Origin: a candidate division WOR-3 bacterium | GTDB lineage: Bacteria; Hydrothermota; 32-111 | NCBI GenBank assembly: GCA_039804105.1 | Contig: JBDRZU010000002.1 | Coordinates: forward strand, 128,001 to 192,000 | Length of the DNA stretch: 64,000 bases | Direction: 5' to 3' | Shown here: one piece after another, positions 1-10,047 of the stretch | Layout of the letters: each line of letters begins with the position of its first letter | Position numbering within the stretch: position 1 is the stretch's first letter | Position numbers and translations under genes: made by a program | The notes under the pieces: generated by a model | What the model was told of the DNA's origin: nothing | Databases searched by the model: none | What the model saw: only the letters and a program-made list of their open reading frames with translations

Positions 1-1202
1 TCAACTCCTAAAATTTTATCATCTTTTGAAAGATAAACTCTTAATTCACCTGTTCTTGATTCATATGTTGCTGCCCGTCCATTTTCAGCATAATTCGATT
101 TTAAAATTTTATATTCTATTCCTTCATTTTTCAATTGATCTTCACTCTTTCCAGAATGTGAGACAGGTGGAATCGTAAAAACGGAGTAAGGGATAAAACA
201 ATAATCGATTCTTTCGCTTTTAATACCACAAATATTTTTTGCTGCAATCAAACCATCATAATAACCTTTATGAGCAAGCATAGGTCCTTCTGTTACATCA
301 CCTGTTGCATAAATGTTTTCAACATTAGTTTTTTTATATCTGTCAGTTATTATAAAACCTTTCGTATCAGTTTTAATATCATAATTTTTAATCTCAACAC
401 CTATAACAGGTTTTCTTCCAATAGCAACAATAAGTTTATCAAAATTCAAACTCTCACCTGAAGAAAGAAAAATTTTTTTGTTCTCTTTATCAACGGAAAC
501 AACTTTACCTGATCCCAAAAATTTTATTCCACTTTTCTGTAAGATTTTTTTTGCACTTTCTTTAATAAAACTATTCTCCGTTGAAGGAAGTGGTGAATCA
601 AACATTTCAACAATTGAAACTTCACTTCCAAAAAAAGAAAAATATGTTGCAAACTCACAACCGATAACACCACCACCTATTATTACAAGTTTTTTCGGAA
701 TCTCTTTTAAAGAGAGTGCATCCTTTGAGTTCAAAATCGTTTCACCATCAAAATCAATAGATTGTAAAGATAGATCTTTACTTCCAGTTGCTATTACCAA
801 ATTATCAAACTCAAATTTTTCACCATTTTCAGTTTCAACAACATTTCCATCCTCCAAATGTGCTGTTGAAAAAACTATATCTATACCAAGATTTAACAAT
901 TTTTTATAAAGACCTGTTTGGAGAATTTTAACAACCCTTTCTTTCCTTTCAAACACTTTTATAAAATCTAATGAAAATGAAGTTTTTATACCAAATTTTT
1001 CTGAAACTCTTAAACTTTCTATCATCTCTGCTGTTGAAATAAAAGTTTTCGTTGGAATGCATCCATAGTTAAGACACACTCCACCAATTCTATCCTTTTC
1101 TATTATCAAAACACTTTTTGAACTATCAAACTCTTTTATCCTTTCAGCAGCATAATATCCCCCAGAACCACCGCCAATAATAATCACATTATATTTCCTC
1201 AT
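1..1202 (-). CDS. lpdA: Dihydrolipoyl dehydrogenase (3' end runs off the window)
   Basis: Manual translation from ATG at 1202: MRKYNVIIIGGGSGGY (FAD GxGxxG), redox disulfide GGVCLNYGCIPTK, NAD-binding IIGGGVIGCEFA; SD AGGAG upstream. Missing from the ORF track because the stop lies outside the window. Confidence 0.9.
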   Translation of the reverse strand, partial: MRKYNVIIIGGGSGGYYAAERIKEFDSSKSVLIIEKDRIGGVCLNYGCIPTKTFISTAEMIESLRVSEKFGIKTSFSLDFIKVFERKERVVKILQTGLYKKLLNLGIDIVFSTAHLEDGNVVETENGEKFEFDNLVIATGSKDLSLQSIDFDGETILNSKDALSLKEIPKKLVIIGGGVIGCEFATYFSFFGSEVSIVEMFDSPLPSTENSFIKESAKKILQKSGIKFLGSGKVVSVDKENKKIFLSSGESLNFDKLIVAIGRKPVIGVEIKNYDIKTDTKGFIITDRYKKTNVENIYATGDVTEGPMLAHKGYYDGLIAAKNICGIKSERIDYCFIPYSVFTIPPVSHSGKSEDQLKNEGIEYKILKSNYAENGRAATYESRTGELRVYLSKDDKILGV

Positions 1203-1222
1203 TCTTTACTCCTTTTTTAAAT

Positions 1223-1250
1223 ATAATAATATTTTCTTTAATTATGTCAA
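1223..1250 (-). promoter_or_regulatory. Putative sigma70-type promoter of lpdA
   Basis: TTGACA-16bp-TATTAT on the minus strand. Confidence 0.6.
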
Positions 1251-1421
1251 CACTAAAAAAGTGAAATTTTTGCACTTTAAATAAAAATGTTTCAATCTTT
1301 TTGTTGAGGTAAACTATAATTAATTAAATATTTATATTTTTCACTTCTTAAATTATGCAACTTTTTGCCTTGATAAACTTCAAATTTTAAATTAAATATT
1401 TAAAAAATAATTACTTAACTA

Positions 1422-1437
1422 TGGTATATTTTTTGCT
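1422..1437 (+). promoter_or_regulatory. Putative sigma54 (-24/-12) promoter of the M6 protease
   Basis: TGGTATATTTTTTGCT, exact GG-N10-GC spacing, about 40 bp upstream of the ATG; SD GGAGG at 1469-1473. Confidence 0.65.
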
Positions 1438-1477
1438 TTTGGATTTCTCAAATTTTGAGAAAATGATAGGAGGTTAA

Positions 1478-4400
1478 ATGAAAAAACTTTTAACATTAAC
1501 TTTGCTTCTTCTTGTTGTAGCTGTAGTAGTTTTTGCTGTTCCAGCAAGACCAGGATTTAGGGTCTTTGAGCAACCAGATGGAACAAAGTTTATTGCTCAA
1601 CTGAAGGGAGATGAGCATTTCCATTTTGCTGAAACTGAGGATAGGTATGCTATCATCAGAAACAGTGAGGGATGGTGGACTTATGCTAACAAAGTTGATG
1701 GGATTTTGGTTCCTTCACTTTTCCTTGTTGGAAAAGATAATCCACCATTTCCAAAAGGTTTAAGACCTGATCCAGATAAAGTTGCTGCTCTTCCAGGAAA
1801 TGAACTTAAACAGATAAACTGGACAAAACTTTTCAATATCAACGATGAAGCAGCAACAAAAGGAGGTTATACTGACAGAAAATTTTTGGTTATACTTGGA
1901 TGCTTTGATGATTCATCATTCCTCGGAACAGTAAAACCAGAAACAAGATGGGATATAAACTCATGGACACTCAGAAGTGGTTTTACTTCTGGAAGTGCTG
2001 GTGGAACTGCTCATGATTCTTTATACTGGGATTCAGTATTTTTCTCAAATTCTCCAGGTTCATTCAGAACATTCTTTAAAGAGATCTCGTTTGGTAGATG
2101 GCTAATCGATACAGCATGTCATGTTCAGGGGCCAGTTTCATCAGGTAAAACTTATGGTCAGTATGGAGATGGTGCTGAACTGACATATATGCAGGATATC
2201 ATTTATAGAAGTTCAGGAAGAATGAAAACAACACCACATAGAGCAGATCAGAATGCATATTCAGACTATGATGGTGATGGTGATGGTTATGTTGACCACT
2301 GGATAGTTGTTCGTGCTGGTGGTGAACAGTCAGCAACAGGATCAATAAAAGACATGTGGGCTTCAAAATATACAACAACAGTTTCTACAACAACAGGTGC
2401 AACTGTAAGAAACCCGACCAACGCTGGAGAGTTAACAGATTCATTATCAAAAACCTGGACTTCGACACAACTTCTTGATACACAGTTTGTCAGATCATAC
2501 ACAATGGGTATAGGTGTTCATGCTCATGAGTCATACCATGCTTTCAGTGCACCTGACCTTTATGATTATGGATATCAGGGTGAACCCGCAGATGTATGGA
2601 GTTTGATGGATGCAGGTTCGTGGACAGGTGATGGAATACAATCAGGTTCAAGACCACCACATCCAGGTGCAATGCTTCAGTACTCATTCAGAGGTTATCC
2701 TGAAAGTGGTGATACAACAGCAGGATTTATGCCTGATGATTGGGATCAATTGATCACAACAAACGGAAGATATTTTGTTGTCGGTCTTGCTGCTGATTCA
2801 TCAAAAGGTGGACCAAGATTCATCATGGCAAGAAACTCTGCAATGACAACAGCAGGAGAATATTTCTTTATTGAAAATAGGTGTAATAAAGGTTTCTTTG
2901 AATCATGCTTACCCGAGCATGGTTTGATAATCGTTCATTATGACCCGTCAGAAAAAGGTACATATTATAACGAAGGTCCAGATTATTATACTTACTGGGT
3001 AGAACAGAGGGGCTTTGATCCACAGATACATGTAACATACCCTAACGATACAATCTATAGAGATGCAGGTCAGGCACCATATTTTGCAGGCGATGACTAT
3101 GAATTTACAAACCTTACATCAGCAGGTGCAAATATAAACGGTTCAACAACAAGTTTTGGTCCTTATATTATTTCAATCTCCGCACCTGGTGATACAATGT
3201 GGTTTACAATCGATAACGCAACGGTTCCTGCAGGTGCATCATTCGCTTATAAATCACATACAGTTTATGATACTTTAACAAACTATTCAAACAGAAACGG
3301 TTCAATTGATCCAGATGAAGTTGTTGACCTTGTGATAGCAGTAAAGAATGTTGGTGGAAATGCATCAAGTGTTACTGCAAAATTAAGACACAAATATGGA
3401 CTTGTAACTGTTCTTGATTCAACAGCAAACTATGGAACGATCAACTCACAAGCAACTGTTTCAAATACAGGTGATATTTTCAGAATCAAAATCAAACCAG
3501 GTTGTCCAACCGATACAATTCTATTCTTTACACTTTATTTCACTTCCTCAAACGGTTCAAACGAAACAGAGTTCGGTATAAAGATCAATTCAACACCAAT
3601 GGTTTATTCAAGAGTTTTAAGAACAATATCTAACTCACTCAGAGACCCAGCAGGTATCGATTTGATGTATTTCCCAGATATAAATGACTGGTTGTTTATG
3701 ACAGCAGGAACAGGCCTTGGAAATGTTTATGGAACTGGTGCTAAGAAGATGTTTATTCTTGACCTTTCAACATGGGGAACAGTCGTAAAAGATTCATTCG
3801 TATACGGTGGTGCAAACTACCTTATGTGTATGGATCATGATAAGCAGGGAAGAATCTGGTATTCTTCAGGTGACTCAGCATACTGCTATGATATTTCATC
3901 AGGTTCACCGGTGCTTGTTGGAAGATTGAGATGGCCTAACTCTGATTACGCTGGAACCGTTATGAAAAGAGTCAGAGGAGTAACTTTTGATAACAACGAT
4001 TCACTTTATGGTTACTGGCAAACATACGGAACATTTGAAGAATCAATATATGGAGTGAGAAAGACACTTGGAACTCTATCAACCATCTGGGACAGAGCTG
4101 CACTTCTTGATGGAACAAGTTATGGTGGAAAGTGGAACAACGGTAGAGGTATCGAGTGGGATGGAACATGCCTCTGGTCTGTTAACATCTTTGAGAACCT
4201 CATATTCAGAAAATATCCAATCAACAATCCATCAGTTCCTTCAAACCTTGAATTCAAAACAATTAACACAATTTCCTGTCCATCAGTCTTTGGAAATTAT
4301 CCGGCTTATGATATAGCGATTCAGGATGTATCTTCTGATGGAGTTACACCGGCTGTTCCTTACGCTTTTGGAAATAGATACTATATGTGGACGATGAACC

Positions 4401-5290
4401 TCGATAATTCAGAGGTTACAAAAATAGATATTACAGCACTCGTTCTCCCAGAGCAGGTTGACCTTGTGACTTCAGCATGTACATTCAACGATGCTAAAGA
4501 TAGTGTAAAACTTGTTTGGAGAAAGAATCCATTAAAGGACTTTGTGACAAAATATATAGTTTACAGATCACAGGATCCTAACTTCTATGCAACATCAAAA
4601 GATTCTGTGTTGGCAACAACAGATACCACTGTAACATTCGCTATACCAAACACAAAAGGTTTGCATTACTTCAAAGTTAGAGCTGTTAACTATCAGGGCT
4701 ATTCATTCAACACATCCGATGAGGTTTATGTTGTCAACAACACAACAACAGCACTCAACACTGTTTCACTTGTTGCAACACAGAAAGGTACTGATGTTTA
4801 CCTTGAATGGGAAAAGGAAGGTATAAACAATGGTTCTGCATGGGAGATTTCAAGGGCAAAGGAAAACGATCAGTTTGAGGTTGTTGGCTCAGTTGATTTC
4901 AAATCAACAAAATTCGTTGATAATAAAATTTCTGAAAATGGAACCTATACATACAAACTTGACCTTGTAAAACTCGGTGGTGAAAAGGTAACATATGGAC
5001 AGGTCTCGATTAAATTCTTCAATCCTTATGTGTTCAAACTCTATCAACTTGATAAAAATCCAGTCAAAGGTAGTTTCAATATTAACTACTCAATCGATAG
5101 AGAGGACTATGTTACTTTGAAAGTATACTCAGTAACAGGTCAGGTTGTCGCAACACTTGCAAACGGAGTCATGACTCCAGGTAGATATACTGCTAAAGTT
5201 GATGAAAAGAAACTTTCAGCAGGTATCTACTATGTTGTTTTGACTCAGGGTTCAAAGAAAGATAACATGAAGGTTACAATTTTAAAGTAA
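1478..5290 (+). CDS. Secreted M6-family (immune inhibitor A-like) metalloprotease with beta-rich domains and a T9SS/FlgD-type C-terminal domain
   Basis: Signal peptide, propeptide QPDGT, DYDGDGDGYVD, zinc motif HESYHAFSAPDLYD, WSLMDAGSW, YFFIENR, C-terminal LSAGIYY...KVTILK. Confidence 0.85.
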   Translation: MKKLLTLTLLLLVVAVVVFAVPARPGFRVFEQPDGTKFIAQLKGDEHFHFAETEDRYAIIRNSEGWWTYANKVDGILVPSLFLVGKDNPPFPKGLRPDPDKVAALPGNELKQINWTKLFNINDEAATKGGYTDRKFLVILGCFDDSSFLGTVKPETRWDINSWTLRSGFTSGSAGGTAHDSLYWDSVFFSNSPGSFRTFFKEISFGRWLIDTACHVQGPVSSGKTYGQYGDGAELTYMQDIIYRSSGRMKTTPHRADQNAYSDYDGDGDGYVDHWIVVRAGGEQSATGSIKDMWASKYTTTVSTTTGATVRNPTNAGELTDSLSKTWTSTQLLDTQFVRSYTMGIGVHAHESYHAFSAPDLYDYGYQGEPADVWSLMDAGSWTGDGIQSGSRPPHPGAMLQYSFRGYPESGDTTAGFMPDDWDQLITTNGRYFVVGLAADSSKGGPRFIMARNSAMTTAGEYFFIENRCNKGFFESCLPEHGLIIVHYDPSEKGTYYNEGPDYYTYWVEQRGFDPQIHVTYPNDTIYRDAGQAPYFAGDDYEFTNLTSAGANINGSTTSFGPYIISISAPGDTMWFTIDNATVPAGASFAYKSHTVYDTLTNYSNRNGSIDPDEVVDLVIAVKNVGGNASSVTAKLRHKYGLVTVLDSTANYGTINSQATVSNTGDIFRIKIKPGCPTDTILFFTLYFTSSNGSNETEFGIKINSTPMVYSRVLRTISNSLRDPAGIDLMYFPDINDWLFMTAGTGLGNVYGTGAKKMFILDLSTWGTVVKDSFVYGGANYLMCMDHDKQGRIWYSSGDSAYCYDISSGSPVLVGRLRWPNSDYAGTVMKRVRGVTFDNNDSLYGYWQTYGTFEESIYGVRKTLGTLSTIWDRAALLDGTSYGGKWNNGRGIEWDGTCLWSVNIFENLIFRKYPINNPSVPSNLEFKTINTISCPSVFGNYPAYDIAIQDVSSDGVTPAVPYAFGNRYYMWTMNLDNSEVTKIDITALVLPEQVDLVTSACTFNDAKDSVKLVWRKNPLKDFVTKYIVYRSQDPNFYATSKDSVLATTDTTVTFAIPNTKGLHYFKVRAVNYQGYSFNTSDEVYVVNNTTTALNTVSLVATQKGTDVYLEWEKEGINNGSAWEISRAKENDQFEVVGSVDFKSTKFVDNKISENGTYTYKLDLVKLGGEKVTYGQVSIKFFNPYVFKLYQLDKNPVKGSFNINYSIDREDYVTLKVYSVTGQVVATLANGVMTPGRYTAKVDEKKLSAGIYYVVLTQGSKKDNMKVTILK

Positions 5291-5302
5291 CCAGATCAAA
5301 AT

Positions 5303-5331
5303 AAAAAGGGGGCTTAAAAAGCCCCCTTTTT
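5303..5331. terminator. Bidirectional intrinsic terminator
   Basis: AAAAAGGGGGC-TTAAAAA-GCCCCCTTTTT between convergent genes. Confidence 0.9.
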
Positions 5332-6470
5332 TATTTATAAACTTTCTCCACAATTTTTTTTGAAATTTTTTCCCATGTGAAATTTGAAGAAAAATTTCTC
5401 AAGTATTCCCTATCCCAGCTGTATTCAACTGCTTCAACAAGTTTTTTTAAAAACTCTTGTTTATCTCTTTTTTCAACGATAAAACCTGTTTTATAATCTT
5501 TAACAACTTCTTTTACACCACCAACATCAAATGAAATAACTGGAACACCAGAAGAGAATGATTCAAAAAGTATTGTCGGAAAACCCTCAGATTTACTTGT
5601 TATCAAGGTTAAAAATGCTTTTCTATATATATCTTTCATTCTAATTCTTTCAACAAAACCTTGAAAATCAACATAATCTTTTATTTTATATTCATCAATT
5701 CTCTTTAAAACCTGTTCCCTCAAAGGTCCATCTCCAACAATTTTGAGCTTAAAATCTTTTCTTATTTTTAAAAACTCGTTAAAAATATCTATCAATATCA
5801 AAGGATCTTTGACATAAGTCAACCGTCCAACAAAAAGAAGATTTTTTGACTGATCTGTTATTTCGAATATCTCTTTTATTCCATTTCTGATAACTATTGA
5901 GTTTTCGATTTTAAAATCATTTTTAAGAATCTTTCGCATCTTTTCACTAACAACTATAACTTTTTTTGACTTTTTAAGATAATAGTTTACTAAAATCTTA
6001 TCAAGAGGTCTTCTGTTTATAAACATAAGATCAGATCCATGTATTGTAACAACGAACGGGATTTTTTTTAACCTCGAAAGGATATACCCAGTAAATCCAT
6101 CTGGGAAAAGTGTATGAGAGTGAATAACATCGAATCGATCATTTTTTGTTTTTAAATGAAGAATAAAAGAAATTAAAAAGGAATCAAAATGTTTAGAAAA
6201 AACTTTTGGATATTTTAAAAGTTTAAAATCATTTTTCTGCTCTTTTATTTTGAATTTTTCTAATATTTTTTCCCTTTTTTTGGAAAAAAAAATCAAAAAA
6301 ATTTCTTTTATCGAAGGATTTATTCTAACTGGAACAAAAATTTTTACATCACACAGTTTTTTTAACTCTTCTACCTGTTCATAAACATATATTCCTGTTG
6401 AAGGCGTTAACCTTTGTGGTGACTCTGGCCAGAGGTGGGAGATCAAAAGGACTTTTTTATCCTTTTTCAT
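5331..6470 (-). CDS. Glycosyltransferase family 4
   Basis: DVIHSH, TIHGSD, FVGRL, EGFPTILFES (Ex7E), DVGGVKEVV. Confidence 0.9.
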   Translation of the reverse strand: MKKDKKVLLISHLWPESPQRLTPSTGIYVYEQVEELKKLCDVKIFVPVRINPSIKEIFLIFFSKKREKILEKFKIKEQKNDFKLLKYPKVFSKHFDSFLISFILHLKTKNDRFDVIHSHTLFPDGFTGYILSRLKKIPFVVTIHGSDLMFINRRPLDKILVNYYLKKSKKVIVVSEKMRKILKNDFKIENSIVIRNGIKEIFEITDQSKNLLFVGRLTYVKDPLILIDIFNEFLKIRKDFKLKIVGDGPLREQVLKRIDEYKIKDYVDFQGFVERIRMKDIYRKAFLTLITSKSEGFPTILFESFSSGVPVISFDVGGVKEVVKDYKTGFIVEKRDKQEFLKKLVEAVEYSWDREYLRNFSSNFTWEKISKKIVEKVYK

Positions 6471-7551
6471 ACTCTATAAGTTTTATTTTTAGATCTTTAT
6501 CTATCTTCTTTTGTTCAATATCCTTTTCATCTCTAACTATGAATTGCTGGTATCTATCTGTGGTTTTTATATGTACCAATTTTCTTTCACCATCAAAAAC
6601 ACCAAAAATGTTATGTTTCTCAGGTGAAGGGAATGGGCCATCAACTCCACCTGTTTCAAAATAGATTTCATTAACTTTTTTCTTATCTTTAAAAAAACCT
6701 TTTTCAATAAACTCTCTTTTCAATTTCCCATCAATATTTTCTGGAATTTTAATTCCAACGGAAACAAGAAGTAATGGAAGAAAATCTACACTTGAATGTA
6801 GATCGTTTATATCTTCCCTTTTTCCCTCTCCATATTTTATCACGAAATTATGTAGAGTGTAGTTATAAAGAAAAACTCCATAAGCCCTTTCTCCAAAAAC
6901 CTCACCTGTTGATGCACCATGATCTGAAAGAACCCAGATATCACTATTTTCATCCATTTTTTTTTCTTTTAATAGAGAAAGAATTTTTTTTAAGTACTCT
7001 CCAGAAATTCTTATATCATTTTTGTATCTTTCTCTGTTTTTTTCCATATTGTTAAAATACTCTTCAGATCTATCATTATAAACATTTAAAACATTGTTAA
7101 CAAGTGATGTATGTATTTTCGAATAGTGAAGATATAGAAAAAACGGCTTACCTGTTTTCATTTTTTCAGCGTTTTCTTGAACAAACTCTATATGTTTTTT
7201 TTCAACATCCTGATTGTATTCATCATGTAAAGTGTAAACATCAAACCCCCTGTTAGCCATAACAACAGGACTTGGAATATTTGCAAAAGTTGAATAACCA
7301 TTTTCTTTTAAATACTGTGGAATTATTTTAACATCCTTTTTTAAATCGTTAGGTCTGAAATATCCATTCACACCATTGTTTTTTGGATAAACTCCTGTAA
7401 AGATTGTATGCATTGAACCTATAGTATAAGGTGATGCTGTATAAAATCTATTATACCAAACAGATTTTGAAAACAGTTCCTGATATACAAGATCTTCTTT
7501 TACAAAATCGTATCTTGCTCCATCTATTATTATCAAAATTATGTTTTTCAT
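6457..7551 (-). CDS. Sulfatase-like / alkaline phosphatase superfamily hydrolase or transferase
   Basis: NIILIIIDGAR, ASPYTIGS (Thr at the nucleophile position, no CxPxR), PFFLYLHY, LSDHG. Confidence 0.75.
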   Translation of the reverse strand: MKNIILIIIDGARYDFVKEDLVYQELFSKSVWYNRFYTASPYTIGSMHTIFTGVYPKNNGVNGYFRPNDLKKDVKIIPQYLKENGYSTFANIPSPVVMANRGFDVYTLHDEYNQDVEKKHIEFVQENAEKMKTGKPFFLYLHYSKIHTSLVNNVLNVYNDRSEEYFNNMEKNRERYKNDIRISGEYLKKILSLLKEKKMDENSDIWVLSDHGASTGEVFGERAYGVFLYNYTLHNFVIKYGEGKREDINDLHSSVDFLPLLLVSVGIKIPENIDGKLKREFIEKGFFKDKKKVNEIYFETGGVDGPFPSPEKHNIFGVFDGERKLVHIKTTDRYQQFIVRDEKDIEQKKIDKDLKIKLIEYEKG

Positions 7552-8300
7552 TTTTTATTTCTTTTTTTCAAATTTTTATAAATAACTTCTCTTGCGTATG
7601 AAAGGTCCTCAAAAGTGTCAACCTCTGTCCATAAAAGTCCATCAGTGTAAACAGGTCTGAAAAAAACTCCATCTTTTGAGATATCAACAATAAGATCCTC
7701 ATAATATTTACCTTTCGCTAAAAAATCAAAAGTATCATAATGTTTCATCATTGCTTTTATTGAGTCAAATTTTACCATCGTTATACCTATATACTCACCA
7801 ACAGAGTCCTCTATCCTATTTTTTTTGGACAAAGATGAAACATATCCATCTTTTAAAAGAACCTTCATCTCCTCTTCTCCAAGTGTTTTCACATTATCAA
7901 CAACGATGCAATTTTCATCATGCATTAAAACTTTTTTTAAAATATCACTGTCAAAAATTATATCACTGTTAAAAATTATAAAATCTTTTTTTATATGTGG
8001 TAATGCTGTAAAAAGTGTATAACAGTTGTTATATTCTTTATATTTTTTATTTTCAACAAAGGTAAAATTTATATCTTTAAACTTTTTTTTCAAACTTAAA
8101 ACATACCTTTTTAAAACTGAAAACTGATGACCTCCAACGATCAAAATATCTTTTAATTCATTTTTGTAAATATTTTCTATGATAAGTCCTATAAAAGTTG
8201 TTCTTCCAACCCTTAACATTGTTTTTGGTTTTGTTTCTGTATCTGGTTTTAACCTTTCACCTGTTCCTGCAGCAAGAATAACTGCTTGAAAATTTTTCAT
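7548..8300 (-). CDS. LicC-like phosphocholine/phosphonate cytidylyltransferase family NTP transferase
   Basis: ILAAGTGERL, PKTML, NN.YTL, NSDIIF, EEMKV, GEYIGI, WTEVDTFEDL. Confidence 0.8.
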   Translation of the reverse strand: MKNFQAVILAAGTGERLKPDTETKPKTMLRVGRTTFIGLIIENIYKNELKDILIVGGHQFSVLKRYVLSLKKKFKDINFTFVENKKYKEYNNCYTLFTALPHIKKDFIIFNSDIIFDSDILKKVLMHDENCIVVDNVKTLGEEEMKVLLKDGYVSSLSKKNRIEDSVGEYIGITMVKFDSIKAMMKHYDTFDFLAKGKYYEDLIVDISKDGVFFRPVYTDGLLWTEVDTFEDLSYAREVIYKNLKKRNKK

Positions 8301-8302
8301 TT

Positions 8303-9802
8303 TTACTCCCTATCTTTCAGATAACCTAATCTTCTCAATTCTTCTTTCACAAATTCATCATCAACTTTTATTTCTTCTTTTTTTCTTTTCACAAGAAAAT
8401 CATAAGTATCTATGAAAGTTGGTTCAAAGAATTTATATAAAGTTTTACCATCAAAATCTTTCGCTATAGGTAGATTCAAAAAAGAAAGAAGTGTTGGAAG
8501 AAAATCGTATATCGTCGAGTTCCCAGCATTCCCTTTAAATTGCAGATCCTTGTCATAGATCATAAAAATTCCTGTTTTATCATGGTCAGCAGATCTTTCA
8601 ATATCGTTCAAATCAACAAGGGAAAGAAAATCAAAATAATCTGTTCCAATAAGAACCTTTAAATTTGATAAATCTTCTTCTTTGAATTTACTTTTATCAA
8701 GTTGTGTTATTTTCAAAAAAATTCTTCCACTTTCATCCTTTTCAACAACTTCAAAAAATTTTACTCCTGAGGGCTTAATGATGATGTTTTTAAAGAAACG
8801 GATAAGGTTCTCTGCATCCAATCCACTATTCTCTTTTACAACTATAACAGAATTTAACCCGACAAAATAGATTTCTACTTTTCCAAGAATATTTGTTTTT
8901 TCAAGAAAACTTTTCTGCTTTAGAGACAGTGTTTTAAAACTTCCCTCTCTTATAGGTTTCATTCCATGATCCGATATTATAAATAGAGATGAATCTTTGT
9001 TATTTTCATATATTTTTCTTAAACTGTTGTCTATCTCTATGTACGCTTTTAAAAGAAAATCTCCATATTTTTTTCTTTCTTCATCAGAAACTTCGGGGAA
9101 ATTTTCTTTGTCTGAATATTTCCAGAAATAGTGTGCTGCCGAATCTGACAAAGGAATGAAGAAAAATGATACATCGGTTTTAAATCTTTTCACAAGATTC
9201 AAAAAAAGTGACAGGTTTATTCTGTTCAAAAAAATCAACCTTTTAAAAAGCTTTTCTTTTTTATCATAAAACCTTTCAAAAAATATATTGAATGACAGTT
9301 GAGATAATGTTAAAAAGTCCACTCCAATTCTTTTCAACTTAAAGAATAAAAGAATATTTTTAAAAAGATTTCCCTTTTTCTTTCCTCTAAGTTCCATTAT
9401 CGGATAAAGATATGAAGGAAAAGTCCTATTATCCCTTGCCATAGAACAGGGAATCGTAAATCCACCATAATTTTCAGGTGGCCAAGTTAACTCCCACCCA
9501 AAAGTTCCAACAGAGTATCCATAATGGTTCAAAATTTCAAACCATCTTGCTGAAAATATATCCTGTTGAAGATTAAAAAATGATAAAATTTTATGTTTTT
9601 CAGCTTTTTTACCTGTTGCAAGTGACGTCCATATTGTTGGAGAGATTGGAACCCTTGTGTCCTGCTCAACAGAATCCATAAAAGAGTATATTGAATTTTC
9701 TTTTAAAAATTTAAAAAATGGTAATTTCCCTTCTTCAACAAACCTATCTATCAGAGTGAATGTCCCACCATCTATTCCAATTATAATAACTTTTTTCTTC
9801 AT
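8303..9802 (-). CDS. Alkaline phosphatase superfamily / type I phosphodiesterase-nucleotide pyrophosphatase
   Basis: IIGIDG, PISPTIWTSLATGK, ISDHG, DFLPTLL, C-terminal LRRLGY. Confidence 0.8.
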   Translation of the reverse strand: MKKKVIIIGIDGGTFTLIDRFVEEGKLPFFKFLKENSIYSFMDSVEQDTRVPISPTIWTSLATGKKAEKHKILSFFNLQQDIFSARWFEILNHYGYSVGTFGWELTWPPENYGGFTIPCSMARDNRTFPSYLYPIMELRGKKKGNLFKNILLFFKLKRIGVDFLTLSQLSFNIFFERFYDKKEKLFKRLIFLNRINLSLFLNLVKRFKTDVSFFFIPLSDSAAHYFWKYSDKENFPEVSDEERKKYGDFLLKAYIEIDNSLRKIYENNKDSSLFIISDHGMKPIREGSFKTLSLKQKSFLEKTNILGKVEIYFVGLNSVIVVKENSGLDAENLIRFFKNIIIKPSGVKFFEVVEKDESGRIFLKITQLDKSKFKEEDLSNLKVLIGTDYFDFLSLVDLNDIERSADHDKTGIFMIYDKDLQFKGNAGNSTIYDFLPTLLSFLNLPIAKDFDGKTLYKFFEPTFIDTYDFLVKRKKEEIKVDDEFVKEELRRLGYLKDRE

Positions 9803-9810
9803 AATTTTAA

Positions 9811-9838
9811 ATTATACTAACATAAAAATTTAATTCAA
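9811..9838 (-). promoter_or_regulatory. Putative promoter, leaderless (8 nt to ATG)
   Basis: TTGAAT-16-TATAAT, no SD. Confidence 0.55.
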
Positions 9839-9998
9839 GTTAAATTTAAAAATCTATTAACACATTAACTTAAAAAGAATTGGGTTCTATTCAAAATTCT
9901 TAAAGCTTCTAAATCTTTCTTATATTTGCTTATTTAGAATTTATAAAAAAAGTAATAAAAAAATTAAGAGCCTTACATTTTTAATATATAAATAATCC

Positions 9999-10027
9999 TT
10001 GACACAATTTGAATATTAAAATATTAT
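9999..10027 (+). promoter_or_regulatory. Putative promoter of the hsdS/hsdM-like pair
   Basis: TTGACA-17-TATTAT; implies the real start is ATG 10048, not TTG 10009. Confidence 0.6.
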
Positions 10028-10047
10028 TAAATAATAAAAAAAGAATT

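Noticed and set aside
270..909. Plus-strand ORFs 270-461 and 478-909
   Set aside because: Antisense shadows of lpdA. The other short ORFs nested in or opposite long genes (e.g. 27392-28060, 14287-14661) are rejected for the same reason.
1478..5290. Horizontal origin of the higher-GC M6 gene
   Set aside because: Explained by Gly/Thr/Ala-rich composition and codon bias; no mobility marks
6457..7551. True formylglycine sulfatase
   Set aside because: Lacks the C/SxPxR motif
9875..9939. Inverted repeats AAGAATT/AATTCTT and TTCTAAAT/ATTTAGAA
   Set aside because: Short, AT-rich, long loops; compatible with chance
9803..10047. attL-like copy of the tRNA-Asp 3' end at the left edge of the islet
   Set aside because: No match to GTCGCTCCCG or the T-arm found by eye, and no integrase, so it is not called a mobile element
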